A stretch of DNA of 58,485 nt, from NCBI GenBank assembly GCA_964606765.1, contig CAZSIR010000004.1, positions 1 to 58,485 of the forward strand, read 5' to 3'. Shown here one piece after another: positions 37,111 to 46,306 of the stretch. The translations under genes were made by a program, and so were the position numbers. Source of the DNA: an uncultured Bordetella sp. (GTDB taxonomy: Bacteria; Pseudomonadota; Gammaproteobacteria; Burkholderiales; SG8-41). The notes beneath the pieces were generated by a model that saw nothing but the letters and a program-made list of their open reading frames with translations, made no database searches and was not told where the DNA came from. Numbering within the stretch: the stretch's first letter is position 1; the number at the start of each line of letters is the position of its first letter.

Positions 37111-37539
37111 TCAGTTGATCGACAGGCGCCGCGCCGTGGCCACCGCCTTTTTCGGCAGCGTCAGTTCCAGCACGCCATCGGCATACCTGGCCACCGCCTT
37201 GTCTTCATCAACCGCCTGGCCCAGCGTGAACGCGCGGTAAACCTTGCCGTAATGGCGCTCGCTGCGCAGCACGCGTTCGCCTTCGCGGACTTCGCGTTCA
37301 TTGCGCGTTTCCGCGCCGATTGCAATCTGTTCGCCATCGATGGTGACCTGGATGTCTTCTTTTTTCACGCCCGGAATCTCGGCGTGCACGATGTAGCTGC
37401 CTTCATCTTCGCGCACATCCACGCGGAAGGACTGCGCCGTCTGCGGCGCGCCTTCAAAAGCCACCGGGCGCACAAAAAAACCGCGCAGGAGGTCGTCAAA
37501 GGAATCGTCGAACGGGGTAAAGCGGGTAACATTCAGCAT
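37111..37539 (-). CDS. Hsp20/alpha-crystallin small heat-shock protein
   Basis: ORF trimmed to MLNVTRFTPFDDSFDDLLRGFF. Alpha-crystallin core FRVDVREDEGSYIVHAEIPGVKKEDIQV...AVARYADGVLELTLPK. A GAAGGAG Shine-Dalgarno is present. Confidence 0.9.
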   Translation of the reverse strand: MLNVTRFTPFDDSFDDLLRGFFVRPVAFEGAPQTAQSFRVDVREDEGSYIVHAEIPGVKKEDIQVTIDGEQIAIGAETRNEREVREGERVLRSERHYGKVYRAFTLGQAVDEDKAVARYADGVLELTLPKKAVATARRLSIN

Positions 37540-37584
37540 GATGTCTCCTTCAATTGATTGCGGCGCCTTGCGCCAGTGATTCGA

Positions 37585-37612
37585 ATATGGGTGTCTCCGG
37601 AATGATTTCAAG
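37585..37612 (-). promoter_or_regulatory. sigma32 (RpoH)-type heat-shock promoter of hsp20
   Basis: The minus strand reads CCCTTGAAA (-35, 37614-37606), a 14-nt spacer, then CCCATAT (-10, 37591-37585). This compares with the consensus CTTGAAA-N13-15-CCCCATnT. It lies 46 nt upstream of the ATG. Confidence 0.65.
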
Positions 37613-37669
37613 GGTTTGGGAGCGCAACCCGGGGAATCATCTTAACTAATTGATTTTAAAGGATTTTAT

Positions 37670-38257
37670 TTGCCTTCGGAAACCGGCGCGCCCGCTGCCG
37701 ATGCGGCAGCGATCGAACGCGAACGCGCTTACCTGCTGCGTTATGCGCGGCTGCAGCTGCGCAATCCGGCACAGGCGGAAGACGTGGTCCAGGAAACCCT
37801 GCTTGCCGCCATCGAAGGTCTTGCGCGTTTTTCCGGCAAGTCAACGCTGCGCACCTGGCTCACCGGCATCCTCAAGCACAAGATCATCGATCATCTGCGG
37901 CGCACTGCGCGCGAACAGCCGCTCACCGGCAGCGGTGATGACCGCTCGGAAGCCGACGCCATTGATGCGCTGTTTGCCGATGACGGCCACTGGCGTGAAT
38001 TTCCCTCGCAGTGGGCCAATCCCGATGCGGCGCTGGAAAACAGCCGCTTCTGGGCCGCCTTCGAGCTGTGCACACAGCGCCTGCCTGAACGCACCGCACG
38101 CGTGTTCATGATGCGCGAAATCATGGACATGCCGACGGAGGCCATCTGTAAGGAACTCGATATCACCGCGACGAACTGCTGGGTCATGCTGCACCGTGCG
38201 CGCCTGACCCTGCGCGAATGCCTGGAACTGCAGTGGTTCGGAAAGACCAAGCAATGA
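37670..38257 (+). CDS. ECF-subfamily RNA polymerase sigma factor
   Basis: 195 aa with a TTG start and no upstream ATG. Region 2 (AEDVVQETLLAA..) and region 4 (RVFMMREIMDMPTEAICKELDITATNCWVMLHRARLTLRE) are present. Confidence 0.8.
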   Translation: MPSETGAPAADAAAIERERAYLLRYARLQLRNPAQAEDVVQETLLAAIEGLARFSGKSTLRTWLTGILKHKIIDHLRRTAREQPLTGSGDDRSEADAIDALFADDGHWREFPSQWANPDAALENSRFWAAFELCTQRLPERTARVFMMREIMDMPTEAICKELDITATNCWVMLHRARLTLRECLELQWFGKTKQ

Positions 38258-38433
38258 TCCCCAGCTGCAAACACACATCAGAACTGCTCTCCCAGGGCCA
38301 GGACCGGTCACTGACACTGGCGGAGCGACTGCGTCTGGGACTGCACCTGATGCTGTGCAACAGCTGTCGCAACTTCACGCGGCAGCTTTCCTTCATGCGC
38401 ACGGCTCTGCGCCGTTACCGCGACGGCAACTGA
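38254..38433 (+). CDS. minimal zinc-binding (ZAS, zf-HC2) anti-sigma factor, 59 aa
   Basis: ORF 38218..38433 trimmed to the ATG that overlaps the sigma-factor stop (ATGA at 38254-38257). HxxxCxxC motif HLMLCNSC. No TM segment. Confidence 0.7.
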   Translation: MIPSCKHTSELLSQGQDRSLTLAERLRLGLHLMLCNSCRNFTRQLSFMRTALRRYRDGN

Positions 38434-38441
38434 AGGCACCT

Positions 38442-38478
38442 CCGGGAACTTCGCCGGCCCGTCCCGGTCCCTTTTTTG
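38442..38478 (+). terminator. possible terminator after the sigma/anti-sigma pair
   Basis: CCGGGA...TCCCGG stem (6 bp, 14-nt loop) followed by TCCC-TTTTTT. The stem is weak. Confidence 0.35.
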
Positions 38479-38596
38479 TGCCACACGCCGCTCAGCGCTT
38501 TTCGCGCCGGCGTTCTTTTTTCCATCCACCATGTTCTGCAGCACGCGCACCGCCGCGTTTTTTTGCAGGCTTGGTTATAATCGGGCTTTTCCGCAC

Positions 38597-39742
38597 ATGA
38601 AATACTTTTTCTCCTTCGCTTTTCTTGCCCTTGCCTCAGGCTGCCTGCTTCCACCCCCGGCATCCGCACAGATCCAGGCCCCACCCGCTCCTGCAATCGA
38701 AGCCAAGGCCTGGCTGCTGCTCGACGTCAACAGCGGACAGGTGCTGGCCAGCCAGAACGCCAATGACCGCTTCGCGCCGGCATCTCTGACCAAGCTGATG
38801 ACCGCGTACCTCGCTTTCGGTGCGCTGAAACAGAAATCGCTGAAACCGGAACAGGTGGTTCCGGTATCGACCCGCGCATGGAAAGCCGAAGGCTCGCGCA
38901 TGTTCATCGAGCCCAACAAGCCGGTCACCGTCGATGAGCTTCTGCGCGGCATGATCATCCAGTCCGGCAACGACGCGAGCATCGCACTGGCCGAAGCCAT
39001 CGGCGGAAACGAGGAGGTGTTCGCGCAGATGATGAACCGCGAAGCCAAGCGCCTGGGGCTGGCCAATACCCACTTCACCAATGCCACCGGCCTGCCCAAT
39101 CCGGAACTGCGCTCGACGGCGCAGGACCTGTCGCAGCTGGTGGTGGCGCTGATCCGTGATTTCCCCGAACACTACGCACTGTATTCGCAGAAGGAATACC
39201 GCTACAACAACATCACCCAGTCCAACCGCAACCGGCTGCTGTGGCTGGATCCCACGGTGGACGGGGTCAAAACCGGCTATACCGAGAACGCGGGTTATTG
39301 CCTGATTACTTCGGCGCGACGCGGCGAGCGGCGCCTGGTGTCGGTAATACTGGGAACGGCATCCGAGTCCGCACGCGCCACTGAAAGCCAGAAACTGCTG
39401 AACTGGGGATTCCAGTTCCATGACAGCGTCAAGCTCTATGCACGCAACCAGCCGGTGACCCAGTTGCGGGTGTGGAAGGGGGCCTCCGACATGCTGAAAG
39501 CCGGCTTCACCAGCGACCTGTATGTCTCGCTGCCCAAGGGCCAGGCCGACAAAATGAAGGCCACGGTGGAAAGCCTGCAGCCCCTGCTGGCACCCGTCAG
39601 CCCCGGTCAGCGCGTCGCCACCCTGAAGATCGAAATCGACGGCAAGCCGTATCGCGAACTACCGGTGGTGGCCCTCGAAAGCGTGCCGGTGGCCGGCATT
39701 TTCGGCCGCGCCTGGGATTCGCTGCGGCTGCTGTTCAAATAA
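38597..39742 (+). CDS. D-alanyl-D-alanine carboxypeptidase (PBP5/6 family)
   Basis: ORF trimmed to MKYFFSFAFLALASGCLL (signal peptide). Motifs SLTK, SGN and KTG are all present. Confidence 0.9.
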   Translation: MKYFFSFAFLALASGCLLPPPASAQIQAPPAPAIEAKAWLLLDVNSGQVLASQNANDRFAPASLTKLMTAYLAFGALKQKSLKPEQVVPVSTRAWKAEGSRMFIEPNKPVTVDELLRGMIIQSGNDASIALAEAIGGNEEVFAQMMNREAKRLGLANTHFTNATGLPNPELRSTAQDLSQLVVALIRDFPEHYALYSQKEYRYNNITQSNRNRLLWLDPTVDGVKTGYTENAGYCLITSARRGERRLVSVILGTASESARATESQKLLNWGFQFHDSVKLYARNQPVTQLRVWKGASDMLKAGFTSDLYVSLPKGQADKMKATVESLQPLLAPVSPGQRVATLKIEIDGKPYRELPVVALESVPVAGIFGRAWDSLRLLFK

Positions 39743-39818
39743 CCGCCCGGGCGCTTTTGGCCCGGGATGATTTGCGATTAACATCCGGCATACGACGACC
39801 ACCGACGGCGCAAACACC

Positions 39819-40673
39819 ATGAGCGACATCGTTTACCTGAACGGCAGATTCATGCCGATCGACGAGGCCTACATCCCCGTACTTGACCGCGGATTCATAT
39901 TCGGCGATGGCGTGTATGAGGTGATTCCGGTCTATGCGCGCCGGCCCTTCCGCATGGCCGAACACCTGCGCCGCCTGCAATTCAGCCTCGACAAGGTGCG
40001 CATCACCAATCCGCATCTTCCTGCTGAATGGACGCGGCTTGCCGGTGAAATCGTCGAACGCAATTCCGGGGACGACCAGTCGGTCTACCTGCAGGTCACG
40101 CGCGGCGTGGCGAAGCGTGACCACGCATTTCCCGCGAACATCAAGCCCACGGTGTTCATGATGAGTTCGCCGCTGGTCACACCGGCGCCGGCGCTGGTCG
40201 AATCCGGCGTCGCCTGCATCACCGCGGAGGATTTCCGCTGGCTGAACTGCGACATCAAGTCGACTTCTCTGCTCGGCAACTGCATGCTGCGGCAGCTTTC
40301 GGCGGAGGCCGGCGCCACGGAAACCATTCTTTTCCGCAACGGCCGGCTGACCGAGGCCTCTTCCAGCAACGTGTTCATCGTGCGCGACGGCGTGGTGCTG
40401 GCGCCGCCCAAGGACCACCTGGTGCTGCCGGGCATCACCTACGACGTGGTCATCGAAATCGCGCGCGCCCGCGAATTCGAGATCGAAGTGCGTCCGATCG
40501 CCGAGGCCGAAGTGCGCGATGCCGATGAAATCTGGGTGACTTCGTCAACCAAGGAAGTGCTCGCCGTGACGACGCTCGACGGCAAACCCGTCGGCGACGG
40601 CAGACCCGGCCCGCTGTTCCGGCGCATGCTGGCGCTTTATCAGTCCGCGAAAAAAGACCAGGGTGCGGCGTGA
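39819..40673 (+). CDS. D-amino-acid (class IV) aminotransferase
   Basis: 284 aa starting MSDIVYLNGRFMPIDEAYIPVLDRGFIFGDGVYEVIPVY. Position between the DD-carboxypeptidase gene and ybeD. Confidence 0.85.
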   Translation: MSDIVYLNGRFMPIDEAYIPVLDRGFIFGDGVYEVIPVYARRPFRMAEHLRRLQFSLDKVRITNPHLPAEWTRLAGEIVERNSGDDQSVYLQVTRGVAKRDHAFPANIKPTVFMMSSPLVTPAPALVESGVACITAEDFRWLNCDIKSTSLLGNCMLRQLSAEAGATETILFRNGRLTEASSSNVFIVRDGVVLAPPKDHLVLPGITYDVVIEIARAREFEIEVRPIAEAEVRDADEIWVTSSTKEVLAVTTLDGKPVGDGRPGPLFRRMLALYQSAKKDQGAA

Positions 40674-40954
40674 CCACGGCCCCGCCCGGCGGCGGCGAAC
40701 CGTCCCTGATCGAATATCCCAGTGATTTCCCGCTGAAAATCCTCGGCCACACCCGCCCCGGATTTGCCCAGGCGGTGCTCGAAGTGGTGAAACGTCATGC
40801 GCCCGATTTCAATGACACCACGCTGGAGATGAAAACCAGCAAAAAGGGCAAATACCTCAGCGTGACCTGCGTCATCCGCGCCACCTCACGCGAACAGCTG
40901 GATGCGCTCTACCAGGAATTGTGCGACCTGCCGCAGGTCGTCATGGTGCTTTAA
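40670..40954 (+). CDS. ybeD: YbeD/DUF493 family protein
   Basis: 94 aa with a GTG start overlapping the dat stop. YPSDFPLKILG motif. The conserved partner of lipB. Confidence 0.8.
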   Translation: MTTAPPGGGEPSLIEYPSDFPLKILGHTRPGFAQAVLEVVKRHAPDFNDTTLEMKTSKKGKYLSVTCVIRATSREQLDALYQELCDLPQVVMVL

Positions 40955-41582
40955 AGCCCGCGGGCTTCAGCACTGCGATCTGCCGGTCGTGCCGGCGGCC
41001 CAGCGTCAGCAGCGCAGCCACCGCACCCGTAAGCGCCATGAACATGTCCCACTGCGTATCCCAGACATCCCCCTGCGTGCCGAGGAATTCATCCGCGCCC
41101 GCACCCATTGCCAGCGCCGCCCACCACTCGATCAGCTCGTAACACGCACTGATCGCGAGCGCCACGCAGACCACCAGAAAGCCGAGGATTTTCCGCCCCT
41201 CGATGCGAAACACGCGCAGCAGCAATTCACGCGCAGCCATCGCCGGTACAAAACCCTGGGCGAAATGACCAATGCGGTCATAGGGATTGCGCGCGAAACC
41301 CAGCCATTCCTGCAGCCAGAAGCCCAGCGGCACACGGGCATAGGTATACGCGCCGCCATAAATCAGGATCAGGCCGTGAATGGCGATCAGGGTGTACAGC
41401 AGCGGAGTCAGCGGCAGGCGTTGACGAGTGGCGATCATGACCGGCGCTGCAATCAGCACGGGCAGGACCTCCATCAGCCAGGTTGCCCGGTCGTAGGGCG
41501 AAATCCCCGAAACCACCAGGGCAATCGCCCAGATCGCGCAGAGGACGGCCAGCCTGCGATCAGCCCCGGCCACCGGCGTCAC
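40941..41582 (-). CDS. DUF2238/YjdF-like inner-membrane protein
   Basis: 213 aa and polytopic. The RNPYDRIGHFAQGFVPA motif is recalled from the YjdF family. GTGA overlap with the upstream ORF. Confidence 0.6.
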   Translation of the reverse strand: MTPVAGADRRLAVLCAIWAIALVVSGISPYDRATWLMEVLPVLIAAPVMIATRQRLPLTPLLYTLIAIHGLILIYGGAYTYARVPLGFWLQEWLGFARNPYDRIGHFAQGFVPAMAARELLLRVFRIEGRKILGFLVVCVALAISACYELIEWWAALAMGAGADEFLGTQGDVWDTQWDMFMALTGAVAALLTLGRRHDRQIAVLKPAGFKAP

Positions 41583-42079
41583 TTCGGCAGCTTGCGCTTG
41601 CGCAGTTCGCGCAGCTCATCGGCGTATTCTCTGCTGAAATCCGAACCCGAGCCGGTGAGGTAATTGCGGAAATCGGCGCAGACCTGGTCAAAACCGTCGC
41701 GCGGCTGCGCGAGAATCTCGTCACGATGTCCGCTGCGGTATTCAACAATGGAGCCTTCATACTTGCCGACGTTGCGCATGTATTCCTTTTCGTCCTTTGA
41801 TGCGCCGCGGATCATCATCGTCAGCCGCGCATCCAGCTCGTTGAGCAGGGACTGATTGCGTTTCTGCCAGGCCGCATGGGCCTTCTCCGCTGCTTTCGCC
41901 TGCGCCGGAAAAGCCTGGTCACAGGCCTCGCGCAAGGCCAGCAGGCGCTGGTGCGCAAAGTAGATTTTGCTCAGATTGGCGCCGTAATCGCCGGCACTCT
42001 CCGCCGCCATGGCAGGCGGTGCCGCAGCCAAAGCCGCGCACAGCAATCCCGCTCCAAGTACATCGACACGCACCGCCAT
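41579..42079 (-). CDS. hypothetical secreted protein (166 aa)
   Basis: Signal peptide LLCAALAAAPPAMAAES. Helical and Lys/Glu-rich, with no recognised motif. Coupled to the yjdF-like gene. Confidence 0.5.
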   Translation of the reverse strand: MAVRVDVLGAGLLCAALAAAPPAMAAESAGDYGANLSKIYFAHQRLLALREACDQAFPAQAKAAEKAHAAWQKRNQSLLNELDARLTMMIRGASKDEKEYMRNVGKYEGSIVEYRSGHRDEILAQPRDGFDQVCADFRNYLTGSGSDFSREYADELRELRKRKLPK

Positions 42080-42190
42080 CTCCCGATCGTCCTATAATGC
42101 AGCCTGATTATCCCATCATTATCACTGACTTACCTCAGTCCTTCACTGCGTTTCCAGGCCCGTCCACATTTCCGTCCACAGACCGCCCCG

Positions 42191-42838
42191 GTGTCCAGTC
42201 CCTCCACAGCATCCGCCCCCACTGCCGCCGAGCCGTTGATCGTGCGCCGGCACGGACTGCTGCCGTACGTGCCGGCCTGGGAACAAATGCGGGAATTCAC
42301 GCTCAAGCGCGGCGACAAAACCCCGGACGAGCTGTGGTTGCTGGAGCATCCTCCTGTCTACACCGTCGGCATTGCCGGCAAAACCGAGCACTGGCCGCGC
42401 ATCGACAACGGCATACCGGTGGTGCGCGTCGACCGCGGCGGACAGATCACCTATCACGGTCCGGGCCAGCTGGTCGCCTACCTGCTGCTGGACCTCCGCC
42501 GCCGCGGACTCACCATTCGTCCGCTGGTGCGCAAAATGGAACAGGCGGTCATTGATCTGCTGGCGCAGTACGGCATCGAAGCCCATGGTCGCAGCGACGC
42601 ACCCGGCGTTTATGTCGGCGCGGCCAAGATCGCGGCGCTGGGACTGCGCGTGAAAAACGGCTGCTGCTATCACGGCCTCGCACTGAACGTCGACGCCGAC
42701 CTGGCCCCCTTCAAGGCCATCAACCCCTGCGGTTATGCCGGACTTGAAGTGACGCGCACCCTGGATCTCGGCATCACCGACTCCAAAACCCTGCTCGGCG
42801 ACCGGCTGATCGACTGCATTGCGGAAACCCTCTCATGA
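42191..42838 (+). CDS. lipB: octanoyltransferase LipB
   Basis: 215 aa with a GTG start. [25 protein letters not shown] and [11 protein letters not shown] motifs. Confidence 0.9.
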   Translation: MSSPSTASAPTAAEPLIVRRHGLLPYVPAWEQMREFTLKRGDKTPDELWLLEHPPVYTVGIAGKTEHWPRIDNGIPVVRVDRGGQITYHGPGQLVAYLLLDLRRRGLTIRPLVRKMEQAVIDLLAQYGIEAHGRSDAPGVYVGAAKIAALGLRVKNGCCYHGLALNVDADLAPFKAINPCGYAGLEVTRTLDLGITDSKTLLGDRLIDCIAETLS

Positions 42839-43773
42839 CCACACCCGGCGAAAAGCAGAAGGGCCGCGCCAAGACGGCGCGCATCCCGATCAAGATCATC
42901 CCGGTGACGCCGCTGAAAAAGCCGGACTGGATCCGCGTACGGCTTGGAGACAGCGCGCGTTTCCAGGAAATCAAGAGCATCCTGCGCGAACAGAAACTCC
43001 ATACGGTTTGCGAAGAGGCCTCCTGCCCGAACATCGGCGAATGTTTCGGCAAGGGCACGGCGACCTTCATGATCCTCGGTGACCTGTGCACCCGGCGCTG
43101 CCCGTTCTGCGATGTCGGCCACGGCCGCCCGCTGCCGCCGGACGCTGATGAACCGCGTCATCTGGCGGAAACCATCGCCGCGCTGAAACTGAAATACGTG
43201 GTGATCACCAGCGTGGACCGTGATGACCTGCGCGACGGCGGCGCGCAGCATTTCAAGGACTGCATCCGCGCCGTGCGCGATCTGTCGCCGCAGACCCGCA
43301 TCGAAATCCTGGTGCCGGACTTCCGCGGCCGCCTCGACATCGCGCTCGACATCCTCTCGGCCTGCCCGCCGGATGTGATGAACCACAATCTCGAGACCGT
43401 GCCGCGGTTGTACAAACAGGCACGGCCCGGCTCGGACTACGCGCATTCACTGAAACTGCTGAAGGACTTCAAGGCGCGATTCCCGCACATACCGGCCAAG
43501 TCCGGATTGATGGTCGGACTGGGCGAAACCGACGGGGAAATTCTTGAGGTGATGCGCGACCTGCGCGCGCACGACGTTGACATGCTGACCATAGGCCAGT
43601 ACCTGCAGCCTTCGGCGCACCATCTGCCGGTGCTGCGTTATGTCGAACCGGCGATTTTTGAAATGTACTCGGCGGAAGCGGCACGCATGGGTTTCAATCA
43701 CGCCGCCAGCGGGCCGCTGGTGCGCTCCTCATACCACGCCGACCAGCAGGCGCATGATGCAGGTGTGGTTTAA
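42835..43773 (+). CDS. lipA: lipoyl synthase LipA
   Basis: 312 aa. [12 protein letters not shown] and radical-SAM CTRRCPFC clusters. ATGA overlap with lipB. Confidence 0.95.
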   Translation: MTTPGEKQKGRAKTARIPIKIIPVTPLKKPDWIRVRLGDSARFQEIKSILREQKLHTVCEEASCPNIGECFGKGTATFMILGDLCTRRCPFCDVGHGRPLPPDADEPRHLAETIAALKLKYVVITSVDRDDLRDGGAQHFKDCIRAVRDLSPQTRIEILVPDFRGRLDIALDILSACPPDVMNHNLETVPRLYKQARPGSDYAHSLKLLKDFKARFPHIPAKSGLMVGLGETDGEILEVMRDLRAHDVDMLTIGQYLQPSAHHLPVLRYVEPAIFEMYSAEAARMGFNHAASGPLVRSSYHADQQAHDAGVV

Positions 43774-43783
43774 AGTCAAAATC

Positions 43784-43897
43784 AGCCACAGAGGACACAG
43801 AGAGCACAGAGAAGAACAAAACCTGACAGCAGCTTCAGGAGTCGCGGTGTCGTGACGATCCGGGTTTTCCTCTGTGAACTCTGTGTCCTCTGTGGCT
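43784..43897. repeat. REP-like inverted repeat (27-nt arms, 60-nt spacer) between convergent lipA and tlpA-like genes
   Basis: AGCCACAGAGGACACAGAGAGCACAGA (43784-43810) pairs with TCTGTGAACTCTGTGTCCTCTGTGGCT (43871-43897), 25 of 27 positions complementary. The arms contain an internal ACAGAG triplication. Confidence 0.85.
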
Positions 43898-43904
43898 AGG
43901 CTTC

Positions 43905-44408
43905 TTAGGTTTCTTTAAGCTTTTCTTCCAACAGCGCATGTAACTTCGCGAAATCCGGTTCGCCGAGGATGCGCATCACCATGCCGCCCTGCCTGTCGAT
44001 GATGAAGGTGGTCGGCGTCAGTTTCACCTCGCCAAAGGCTTTGGCCAGTTCGCCCATCGGGTCCAGCGCCACCTTGAACGGCAACTTGTTTTTCTCGGTG
44101 TAATTCAGCACATAGTTGGGCGGGTCATGCTTCATCGCCACCGCAATGGTTTCAAAACCCTGCGACCGGAACTTGTTGTACGTTGCGACAATATCCGGCA
44201 TCTCCTTGACGCAGGTCGCACAGTCGGTGGCCCAGAAATTGACCAATACCACCTTGCCGCGCAAATCGGCCGTGGTGATTTTTTCACCCTGCAGCGAGAC
44301 AAAAGTGACCTGCGGCGCCACCGGCCTGGCGTTCCAGATCGCAAACGCGGCGAATGCCAGCACGGCGGCAACCACTGCCGTTAAAATGAGATTTCTGGAT
44401 TTCAACAT
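43905..44408 (-). CDS. TlpA-family thiol:disulfide oxidoreductase
   Basis: 167 aa with an N-terminal anchor and the thioredoxin-fold motif VNFWATDCATC. Confidence 0.8.
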   Translation of the reverse strand: MLKSRNLILTAVVAAVLAFAAFAIWNARPVAPQVTFVSLQGEKITTADLRGKVVLVNFWATDCATCVKEMPDIVATYNKFRSQGFETIAVAMKHDPPNYVLNYTEKNKLPFKVALDPMGELAKAFGEVKLTPTTFIIDRQGGMVMRILGEPDFAKLHALLEEKLKET

Positions 44409-44437
44409 GCGGTTATACCGTGCGAGGAGTATTCAAA

Positions 44438-45142
44438 ATGAACATCAACATGACGCGCATTCTCGGAGTTCTGCTGGCAATTGTCATCTCCCCTCTGCTC
44501 AGCCAGCCTGCCGCCGCGGGAATTGCCGACATTTCAAACGCCGATGCCGTCAGCGGTTTGAGGCAGGCTTTGACGGATGGTTCCGCTGCAGCCGTCAAAT
44601 TGCTGGGCGCGGAAAACGGCTATTTTGGCAACGCAAAGGTCAAAATCCCGCTGCCGCCCAGCCTGCAGAAGGTCGAAAGCGGCCTGCGCATGTTCGGCAT
44701 GAAAAAGCAGGCGGATGACCTGGTCCTGTCGATGAACCGCGCCGCCGAGGCTGCGGCGCCGGAAGCGCAGAAGCTGCTGACGGATGCCGTGAAAAAAATG
44801 TCGGTGCAGGACGCCAAGGGCATACTGACCGGCGGCGACACGGCCGCCACCGAATATTTCCGCCGCACCACCCAGGCGCAGCTGACCCAGCGCTTCCTGC
44901 CCATCGTCAAAAAGGCCACGGACCGCGTCGGCCTGGCCCAGCAATACAACAGCCTCGCGGGCCAGGGCGCCGCCCTCGGCGTGATCAAGCAGGAAGACGC
45001 TTCGATCGAAACCTATGTCACGCGTAAGGCGCTGGACGGCCTGTACCTGATGATTGCCGAACAGGAAAAAGCTTTTCGCCAGAATCCGGTCGGCGCCACC
45101 AGCAATATCGTCAAGAAAGTATTCGGCGCGCTCGGCAAATAG
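44438..45142 (+). CDS. DUF4197-family periplasmic protein
   Basis: ORF trimmed to MNINMTRILGVLLAIV, with GAGGAG 8 nt upstream. GLRQAL..G...AV..LG and KIPLP blocks are recalled from DUF4197. Confidence 0.6.
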   Translation: MNINMTRILGVLLAIVISPLLSQPAAAGIADISNADAVSGLRQALTDGSAAAVKLLGAENGYFGNAKVKIPLPPSLQKVESGLRMFGMKKQADDLVLSMNRAAEAAAPEAQKLLTDAVKKMSVQDAKGILTGGDTAATEYFRRTTQAQLTQRFLPIVKKATDRVGLAQQYNSLAGQGAALGVIKQEDASIETYVTRKALDGLYLMIAEQEKAFRQNPVGATSNIVKKVFGALGK

Positions 45143-45176
45143 GCTTGCACCGGCCGGCGGCTTTTCGCTGCCGGGT

Positions 45177-46184
45177 TCAGTTCACCTGCGCGCCGGCTTT
45201 TTTCACGATCGGCACCCAGCGCGCGATTTCCGACTGCAGCAGTTTGCCCAGCCCCGCCGGCGATACCGCTTCGACCTGCTGGAAACCGGCTTTCTGCATG
45301 GATGCGCGCACCGCGGGCTCGCCGAGAATGCGCAGCACTTCGCTGTTGAGCCGGGTGACGATGGGCTGCGGCGTGCCGGTGGGGGCAAAAATGCCGAACC
45401 AGGCATCGACCAGATAACCCTTGTAGCCCTGCTCGTCCAGCGTCGGAATGTCCGGCACGAATTCCGAACGTTTCAGGCCGGTGACGCCCAGCCCCTTGAG
45501 TCGCCCCGTTTCCACGGCGCCGCGCACCACCGGCACATTGAGGAAAGTCATCGTGGTCTGCGCCGCCATCACCGAGGCCGCGGCGTCGGCTGCGCCGCGG
45601 TAGGGCACATGCACGATGTCGATGCCGGTCATCGACTTCAGCAACTCGCCCGACAGATGGTGCGAAGTGCCGGCGCCGCCCGAAGCGTAGGTCAGCGTGC
45701 CCGGCCTGGCCTTGGCCTGCGCCACGAGCTCGCTGACATTTTTCGCCGGATTCGACGGATGTACGCAGAGGATGTTGACCACCGCACCGAGGTTGGCAAT
45801 GGGCTGGAAGTCCTTCACCGGATCGTATTTGAGATCCTTGTACAGGCCGAGGTTGATGGCCAGCGTGCCGTTGGTGCCGATCAGCAGCGTATAGCCATCG
45901 GCATTGGCGCGCGCGCCCTGAGCCGTGCCGATCGTGCCGCCGGCGCCGGGCCGCGTGTCGACCACGATCTGCTGGCCCAGTGATCGGGTCAACTCATTGC
46001 CGATGATGCGCGCAATGATGTCTCCGGAGCTGCCCGGTCCCAGCGGCACAATCAGCCGTATGGGTTTGTCCGGATACGGCGGGTCTGCGGCAATGGCAGC
46101 AATGGCGGAGGACAGGGCAATGCACACGCTTAGTGCGGCATGCACCACGATGGCAAAAAGACGGTCGCTGTTGGCGTTGGACAT
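45177..46184 (-). CDS. Bug-family tripartite tricarboxylate transporter substrate-binding protein (orphan, no tctAB nearby)
   Basis: 335 aa with a signal peptide. YPDKPIRLIVPLGPGSSGDIIARI and GTLTYASGGAGTSHHL blocks are typical of TctC/Bug proteins. Confidence 0.85.
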   Translation of the reverse strand: MSNANSDRLFAIVVHAALSVCIALSSAIAAIAADPPYPDKPIRLIVPLGPGSSGDIIARIIGNELTRSLGQQIVVDTRPGAGGTIGTAQGARANADGYTLLIGTNGTLAINLGLYKDLKYDPVKDFQPIANLGAVVNILCVHPSNPAKNVSELVAQAKARPGTLTYASGGAGTSHHLSGELLKSMTGIDIVHVPYRGAADAAASVMAAQTTMTFLNVPVVRGAVETGRLKGLGVTGLKRSEFVPDIPTLDEQGYKGYLVDAWFGIFAPTGTPQPIVTRLNSEVLRILGEPAVRASMQKAGFQQVEAVSPAGLGKLLQSEIARWVPIVKKAGAQVN

Positions 46185-46306
46185 GGAAAATTTCCTTGGC
46201 GTGGTAGGCAGGGCATCCGCCGCCAGCGATCATCAGCATCGGCAGAGCGACCCTGCCTTGATGGTCAGCAACATCCATGCCATGAAAACCTGCCGGTGCA
46301 GTGACG

